Assembly (NCBI GenBank): GCA_964489145.1
Contig: CAZAXL010000003.1
Span: forward strand, 16,207 to 48,602
DNA: 32,396 nt
Direction of reading: 5' to 3'
From: an uncultured Gammaproteobacteria bacterium
GTDB lineage: Bacteria; Patescibacteriota; Microgenomatia; UBA8517
Each line of letters opens with the position of its first letter. The first letter of the stretch is position 1. The position numbers were made by a program, and so were the translations under genes. Below the pieces are notes generated by a model. It made no database searches, was not told where the DNA came from, and saw only the letters and a program-made list of their open reading frames with translations. This document shows, one piece after another, positions 27,379-32,396 of the stretch.

Positions 27379-28916
27379 TGTGTGTGAACCAATTTGTATA
27401 TTATAACCCCGTCAACCTCCCACTGTTTATCAATCTTCGTCATCCCGAAATTTGCAACCTCTGCTTTTGGTGAGTGTGTCGGATCGCATTTGGCGGGCTC
27501 ATTTTCACAGACAACAATAAGCTGATCCGAAATTGTTGACGGATTCCATCTGTCTGCATGCAGTACTTCTCCACCCCAAAGTTCAAGAAAGTATCTGTAT
27601 CCGTCTTCGTAATTCCTCTCCGCTATAACCGCCAAATTAAATGGTTTTCCATCCACATTATCCAGAACCAACCTCGAAACATCCATACTTCTTCGCATCA
27701 ACCTATTCGGCTCTTTTCTTAATGGGCTTCCTGCAAAATTGATCCCGATTAAATAAATCAGGAAAGCCCCTCCGATAATTTTTGCAAAAATATTCTTAGA
27801 CATTAACTTTGAAACAATAACTCCAATTAATATAAAGGGAACCGGAAAAAGGAATCCAAGATAATGGTCATAAATACTTTGTTTATAAAGACCAAGACCG
27901 ATAAGACCAAATCCCAGCCAGGAAAAAAGAAGCCAATATTCTACTTTAATTTTAAGGTTTTTCCTTTTGACAAAATTTTCAACAAACGTATAAGTTATAC
28001 CCGCCGCAATAACAACAGAGGATACAATCGCAGCCATGGAGTTTTTTCCAGCAATTAGACTTTTATTAATAAAGTTAAATATCTCCGGCATTTGGAATAT
28101 TGCCGATCCCGGACTTGAAGAAAAATTTGTTTGGCGCTCTATAAAAAATTTATAAATTGCTTTTGCATTCATGAAGTCATGCCTAAAATCAAACATCAAA
28201 AGCGGGCTCATAAGAATTAGGAAAAATCCGAAACCCAAAAGGGATTTTTTTATAAAATTTCGAATTTCGAATTTCGAATTTTTAATCAATTTCAAATTTC
28301 TTAATGACAAAATCCAAAACAGAAGCAGCGTCGGGATAAGTAGGAGTCCCAAATAGTGGGACTGGAGAACAAAAGCAAGGGATATTCCCAAAACAATCAA
28401 CCAATTTAAATTCTTTTGCTTCCAAACTTTCCAAACAGAATAAATTGAAAGGATGGAAAAGAATGGCATGATATTCGGATTCCATGAAGAGTGGGCAAAA
28501 ATAATTGCGGTTGGCGAAATTGCATAAAGCCCTGCCGCAATAAGACCCGCCTTTTTATCAAACCAAATCCTTCCTACCCACCAGATAAAGGCAATCGTGG
28601 CAACCCCAAGTAAAGCAACCATTACTGCAGGCCCGACCGGGGAAAATCCCGCAATAAGAAGCGGAATTGCCATCATGTAGTAATAAAGGGGACCCAAATA
28701 CATATCTCCGACTGACGTTCCTGGACCAATGAGAGGCGGGTGAAGTTCTGTAAAAATTCTCCTGACTATTATTACATCCCGTCCTTCATCACCCAAAAAA
28801 GTCATATAAGAACTGATTTTGTATAGTCTGAAAAAGGCCCCGATCAGTAAAATCAATCCAATAACTACCAGTTCTTTTTTGTTTTTTTTGACAAAATCAG
28901 CAATTTTGGATTTCAT
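27375..28916 (-). CDS. GT-C fold glycosyltransferase, ArnT/PMT_2-like ('LIGP' subtype)
   Basis: FLGDEGRD, LIGPGTS, GPLYYY, SSWNPN, QSHY. Start at ATG 28916 (ATGA overlap). Confidence 0.85.
   Translation of the reverse strand: MKSKIADFVKKNKKELVVIGLILLIGAFFRLYKISSYMTFLGDEGRDVIIVRRIFTELHPPLIGPGTSVGDMYLGPLYYYMMAIPLLIAGFSPVGPAVMVALLGVATIAFIWWVGRIWFDKKAGLIAAGLYAISPTAIIFAHSSWNPNIMPFFSILSIYSVWKVWKQKNLNWLIVLGISLAFVLQSHYLGLLLIPTLLLFWILSLRNLKLIKNSKFEIRNFIKKSLLGFGFFLILMSPLLMFDFRHDFMNAKAIYKFFIERQTNFSSSPGSAIFQMPEIFNFINKSLIAGKNSMAAIVSSVVIAAGITYTFVENFVKRKNLKIKVEYWLLFSWLGFGLIGLGLYKQSIYDHYLGFLFPVPFILIGVIVSKLMSKNIFAKIIGGAFLIYLIGINFAGSPLRKEPNRLMRRSMDVSRLVLDNVDGKPFNLAVIAERNYEDGYRYFLELWGGEVLHADRWNPSTISDQLIVVCENEPAKCDPTHSPKAEVANFGMTKIDKQWEVDGVIIYKLVHTQ
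28256..28300. repeat. Heptamer tandem repeat (AATTTCG)x3 plus degenerate units, inside CDS
   Basis: aatttcg aatttcg aatttcg aattttt aatc aatttca aatttc; encodes RNLKLIKNSKFEIRN on the minus strand. Confidence 0.8.
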
Positions 28917-29623
28917 CTTAGTTTTTTCCACAGTCTTAGAAGGTCAATAAAACTTTCAATAATTACGTTCAATTTTCTCCCGGTCCCCTGACCTTTTAAT
29001 CTTGGATAATGAGTTACGGGAACTTCGGCAAATTTGAATCCTCTTTTTTTAGCTTTTATTAAAAATTCACTGGTGATAAAGGCCCCCCTTTCGCTTTCCA
29101 ATTTTGGAATGCTCTCAATTACCTTTTTGGAAACCAACTTGAAACCGCAGTCGATATCATGAACCTTCAGCCCAAACAGAATAAAGACAAAAGCTTCCCA
29201 AACTTTACTGGTAACGACTTTCGTAAAAGAAACTCTCCTTTTTTTGTAGTAGCCGATTACCAGATCCGCATCCGTTTCTTTTTGTTTTTCAATAAATCTA
29301 CCAATTTCCGAAAAATCAAATTGATCATCGGAATCGATAAAAGAAATCCAATCATATTTTGAGTTATAAAAGCCTGTTTTTAGAGACGCTCCATAGCCAA
29401 GATTCTTCTCGTGTTTAATAATCCTTATGTTTTTATTCAATTCAGTAATTTTTGCGACAATTTTGTTCGTGGAGTCGGTGGAGCCGTCATCAACCACTAT
29501 CAATTCCCATTTTTCAGCATTTCTGGCAGCAGCTTCTGCAGTATTTTTAACTACTTTTTCAATACTTCCTTCTTCGTTATATGTGGGAAGGAAAATAGAT
29601 AATTCTTTAATCAGGGTGTTCAC
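28913..29623 (-). CDS. GT2 polyprenyl-phosphate glycosyltransferase (DPM/DPG synthase-like)
   Basis: PTYNEE, VDDGSTD, NLGYG, DSDDQF, DIDCGFKL, EVPVTHYPR. GTG start. Confidence 0.85.
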   Translation of the reverse strand: MNTLIKELSIFLPTYNEEGSIEKVVKNTAEAAARNAEKWELIVVDDGSTDSTNKIVAKITELNKNIRIIKHEKNLGYGASLKTGFYNSKYDWISFIDSDDQFDFSEIGRFIEKQKETDADLVIGYYKKRRVSFTKVVTSKVWEAFVFILFGLKVHDIDCGFKLVSKKVIESIPKLESERGAFITSEFLIKAKKRGFKFAEVPVTHYPRLKGQGTGRKLNVIIESFIDLLRLWKKLR

Positions 29624-29629
29624 ATACGA

Positions 29630-29663
29630 AGTCTAGCATATTAGCCTTATCTCATGCTAATAT
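29630..29663. promoter_or_regulatory. Divergent extended -10 promoters with 8-bp inverted repeat
   Basis: Minus TGcTAGACT (29630-29638) is 6 nt from GTG 29623. Plus TGcTAATAT (29655-29663) is 7 nt from ATG 29671. Inverted repeat ATATTAGC-N10-GCTAATAT at 29638-29663. Confidence 0.65.
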
Positions 29664-29670
29664 CATTCTA

Positions 29671-30807
29671 ATGAAGAAAAAGGTTAACGAACTCCTTTTA
29701 ATTCTGGCGTTTTCTCTGATTCCTGTGGTTTTGATCTGGCTGCCATTTTTATTCAGGTTTGATTCTTTTTGGACTATCCCTCTCCCTCAAAACGGCATGG
29801 CAACGATCGTCGCGAATTATGACGGCCCTCTCTACCTGGTTGCCGCCAAAACTTTGTACAACCAGGATTTAATTAAGGCTAATTTTCAATTCCCCCTGCC
29901 AACCGAGTATTATGCGGCACATTTCCCGATCTTCCCTCTTTTGATAAAAGTTTTTGGAATACTCATTAATTATCCTTATGCAATGCTTATAGTTACCCTT
30001 CTCTCCTCCGCTCTTGCTATTTATTTCTTTAAAAAACTTATATCTCAATTCGTCGACGCCAAAAGCGCTATATTTTTGACATTCCTTTTTTCCATACTTC
30101 CGGCAAGATGGCTGATTGTCAGGTCAGTAGGCTCCGCCGACCCGTTATTTATTGCCGGTATTTTGGCTTCGATTTACTTTTTCAAAAACAAAAAATTCTG
30201 GCCGGCAGCTTTATGGGGAGTTGTTGCGACATTCACAAAATCCCCCGGGATACTTCTTTTTGTCTCTTACGTAATTTTCTATCTTATTGAGTCCATTCAA
30301 AAGAAAAAGGTTAGCTTTAATTTGAAAAGGACATATCCGCTTCTACTGATTCCGGTTGGTTTACTTCTAGTATTTGTCTTTTATAAATTCACAATCGGTG
30401 ACTTTTTTGCTTATTTCCACTCCGGGGACAATATTCACCTGGGTTTTCCTCCTTTCCAGATATTCAACTTTTCCGCTCCCTGGGTGGGAACTTTTTGGCT
30501 TGAGGAGATAATATTCATTTACACAATTGGCGCAGTTGGTATTTACAAGCTGATTCAGAAAAAAGAATTGGAGCTTGCTTCTTTTGCCGGTCTTTTTTAC
30601 TTTATGATTTTATTCGTCGCCCACAGAGACATTTTGAGATATTTTCTTCCGGCAGTACCATTCCTTTTTGTAGCCTTTTCGGATTTCCTGGTTAAGAAAG
30701 AGGTCAAAATTGCTTTGGGAATTATTATAATTCCAATCTACCTTTATTCCCTCACTTTCATTTCCCAAAATGTAATGCCGATAAGCAACTGGGCTCCATT
30801 TCTGTAA
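29671..30807 (+). CDS. GT-C fold membrane glycosyltransferase, PIG-V/GT76 mannosyltransferase-like
   Basis: NYDGPLYL...AHFPIFPLL resembles the WD..xY...AFFPLYP signature. Also TKSPG and LRY; ~10 TM. Confidence 0.68.
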   Translation: MKKKVNELLLILAFSLIPVVLIWLPFLFRFDSFWTIPLPQNGMATIVANYDGPLYLVAAKTLYNQDLIKANFQFPLPTEYYAAHFPIFPLLIKVFGILINYPYAMLIVTLLSSALAIYFFKKLISQFVDAKSAIFLTFLFSILPARWLIVRSVGSADPLFIAGILASIYFFKNKKFWPAALWGVVATFTKSPGILLFVSYVIFYLIESIQKKKVSFNLKRTYPLLLIPVGLLLVFVFYKFTIGDFFAYFHSGDNIHLGFPPFQIFNFSAPWVGTFWLEEIIFIYTIGAVGIYKLIQKKELELASFAGLFYFMILFVAHRDILRYFLPAVPFLFVAFSDFLVKKEVKIALGIIIIPIYLYSLTFISQNVMPISNWAPFL

Positions 30808-30850
30808 TCTCCGTGGGTTTTTCTTAAATATTCAGACTAACTATATATCT

Positions 30851-31093
30851 ATGGAAGTACCTAGATTTTGGAGGTCAAACCAACAAAGATACAGGCTCGC
30901 AGGAGAAATTTGTGACAATTGTGATAAGCCCATGTTTCCGCCAAGAATAATCTGCCCTGACTGTGGTCAGACAACACACGGGGAAGCCTCCATTGAAAAA
31001 CCTCAAGGAAATATTTTTATAAGTGAAGAAAATGCCGTTCCGATGAATATTAATTCTTCTTTGCCCACGGAAGTTTCCATGTCTTCCAAATAA
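30851..31093 (+). CDS. DUF35_N rubredoxin-like zinc-ribbon protein lacking the OB-fold
   Basis: MEVPRFWR...RYRLAGEICDNC...FPPRIICPDC is the typical N-terminus of archaeal-type DUF35 proteins; only 80 aa. Confidence 0.78.
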   Translation: MEVPRFWRSNQQRYRLAGEICDNCDKPMFPPRIICPDCGQTTHGEASIEKPQGNIFISEENAVPMNINSSLPTEVSMSSK

Positions 31094-31109
31094 GCAGAGC
31101 TTGTCAGTC
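31090..31109 (+). repeat. Isolated partial copy of the 41-bp terminal repeat unit
   Basis: ataagcagagcttgtcagtc versus ataagcagagcttgccactc (32303-32322): first 14 nt identical, 18/20 overall. Confidence 0.75.
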
Positions 31110-32255
31110 TCTCTTGAAAAATTTTGGAATTTTCCAAGTTCGCCAGATGAACAAATTGTAGACAATATAGTTATAGGGAACAATTACAAATATCAATGCA
31201 AAGATCAGTGCGGCAAAGCGAACGATAGATGTATCTCCTAAAAGTTTTGCTGCTCCGGAAACAATCAGCGGCTGAACTATAACCGCAAAAAGCGAAGAAA
31301 GATTGAATTTGGCAAATTGTACTACCACATCTTTAAGTGAAGTGATGATTTTATCTTTAAACGTCCAGACATTATTGAAAATAAAATTAGAGATGATTGC
31401 CGCCTCGGTTGCGAAAAGGGTTGCCCAGTAGGTTGTAAGCCCTAAGCGCTTTAAAAACTCAAGACCCAGATAGTTGACCAAAAACCCAGTAAAACCAACC
31501 ACTCCAAATTTTATAAACCTCTGTTTATCTTTAATTCCTAAAATAATTGCAAGCTTGAAAGTAGCTACCATTTCTTTCCAATTAAACTTAGATTTATCCT
31601 TTGTGCGGGATGCGAACTCCAAAGGAACTTCCACAGTCTTTTTGGAATTCTTTAGGGATTGGTAAAGAAGGTCTACTTTGTAGGCAAATCTATTCAAGTC
31701 ATGCAGTTTTTCCAGATCGATTTTGTCCAAGACTCCGCTGACTTTCGTCAATCTGAAACCTGTGGTTAAATCGTGAATCTTAAAATTAAGAAGCACTGTT
31801 CTTATAAATAAATTCCCAAAAAAACTGATTGCCCTGCGACTTGCCGCCCATTCTTTCGGCACGGAACCCCCTTCTATATAACGGCTGCCTATTGCGTATT
31901 CCGCCCCTCCTAAATATGCCTCAACCATTGGCTTAACAAAGCGCGGCGGGTGCTGAAAATCCGCATCCATTTCCAAAATCGCGTCCGCTTTAAGTGTTTC
32001 CATTGCATACCGCATCCCTGTAACATAAGCCCAACCAAGTCCGGACTTTTCCTGCTGGATAATGTAAACGTTTTTGTGTTTCTCGGAGGCCTTTTCCACC
32101 GCCTCGGGGGTTCCATCGGTTGAGTGGTTATCAACAACAAGAAGCTGCATATCGGCATTAATTTTTGGAAACTCTTTTTCGGTTAGCTCCTCAATCATGC
32201 TCTTGATGTTCTCCACTTCGTTCCAAGCGGGCATTACAATTACTATTTTCTCCAT
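31104..32255 (-). CDS. GT2 polyprenol-monophosphomannose synthase-like (DPM1-like) fused to GtrA domain
   Basis: PAWNE, DNHSTDGT, GLGWAY..G, EMDADFQH, GSRY..GG, DLTTGFR. The C-terminal 4-TM region has RFIKFGVVG...SNFIFNNVWTF (GtrA). Confidence 0.88.
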   Translation of the reverse strand: MEKIVIVMPAWNEVENIKSMIEELTEKEFPKINADMQLLVVDNHSTDGTPEAVEKASEKHKNVYIIQQEKSGLGWAYVTGMRYAMETLKADAILEMDADFQHPPRFVKPMVEAYLGGAEYAIGSRYIEGGSVPKEWAASRRAISFFGNLFIRTVLLNFKIHDLTTGFRLTKVSGVLDKIDLEKLHDLNRFAYKVDLLYQSLKNSKKTVEVPLEFASRTKDKSKFNWKEMVATFKLAIILGIKDKQRFIKFGVVGFTGFLVNYLGLEFLKRLGLTTYWATLFATEAAIISNFIFNNVWTFKDKIITSLKDVVVQFAKFNLSSLFAVIVQPLIVSGAAKLLGDTSIVRFAALIFALIFVIVPYNYIVYNLFIWRTWKIPKFFKRD

Positions 32256-32262
32256 ATGATTA

Positions 32263-32293
32263 ACTTTAGATCAATTGCAATGCAAATTAAAGT
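32263..32293. promoter_or_regulatory. Symmetric pair of TAAAGT -10-like boxes (putative divergent promoter)
   Basis: Minus TAAAGT (32263-32268) is 7 nt from ATG 32255. Plus TAAAGT (32288-32293) is 7 nt before the first repeat unit. Both are part of an imperfect inverted repeat at 32258-32300. Confidence 0.45.
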
Positions 32294-32300
32294 GGTAATC

Positions 32301-32396
32301 TGATAAGCAGAGCTTGCCACTCGGCAACAAAAACAGCCTCGTGATAAGCAGAGCTTGCCACTCGGCAACAAAAACAGCCTCGTGATAAGCAGAGCT
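32301..32396 (+). repeat. Perfect 41-bp tandem repeat (2 full units + 14 bp), truncated by window end
   Basis: Unit TGATAAGCAGAGCTTGCCACTCGGCAACAAAAACAGCCTCG at 32301-32341, 32342-32382 and partially 32383-32396. Internal hairpin TTGCC-ACTC-GGCAA. Confidence 0.95.

Noticed and set aside
31090-31106. RNase P RNA 3' end (reverse complement ends in GCTTAT)
   Set aside because: Lacks the ACAGAACCCGGCTTA consensus, and there is no non-coding space for the RNA.
32301-32396. CRISPR array
   Set aside because: Units are fully identical with no unique spacers, and there are no cas genes in the window.

Overview
AT-rich, very compact bacterial DNA that is almost entirely one cell-envelope glycosylation supercluster. 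It has 28 CDS, mostly on the minus strand and coupled by ATGA-type overlaps. Gene style and content suggest Patescibacteria/CPR, Microgenomates-like (inference only). The window encodes about 13 multi-pass GT-C-fold (lipid-donor) glycosyltransferase-like proteins in at least five subfamilies: 6 ArnT/PMT-like, 3 tandem YfhO/PTPS-related, 2 'HDGxWH' paralogs, 1 GT87-like and 1 PIG-V-like. It also encodes 4 polyprenyl-phosphate sugar synthase-like GT2s (one fused to GtrA, one to a membrane domain), 5 soluble GT2s, an ALG11-like GT4, a Wzx/MOP flippase, a SAM methyltransferase, an NrnA-like DHH phosphoesterase and a truncated DUF35 zinc-ribbon protein. I saw no nucleotide-sugar synthesis, initiating phosphoglycosyl transferase or obvious ligase genes. 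Non-coding signals: a -10 hexamer 6-7 nt before the start codon of nearly every transcription-unit-first gene (leaderless, partly bidirectional promoters); a perfect 41-bp tandem repeat running off the right end, with a partial copy on the other side of the last gene; and a 7-bp periodic insert inside one GT-C gene. Family calls come from motif recognition by eye, not from database searches.
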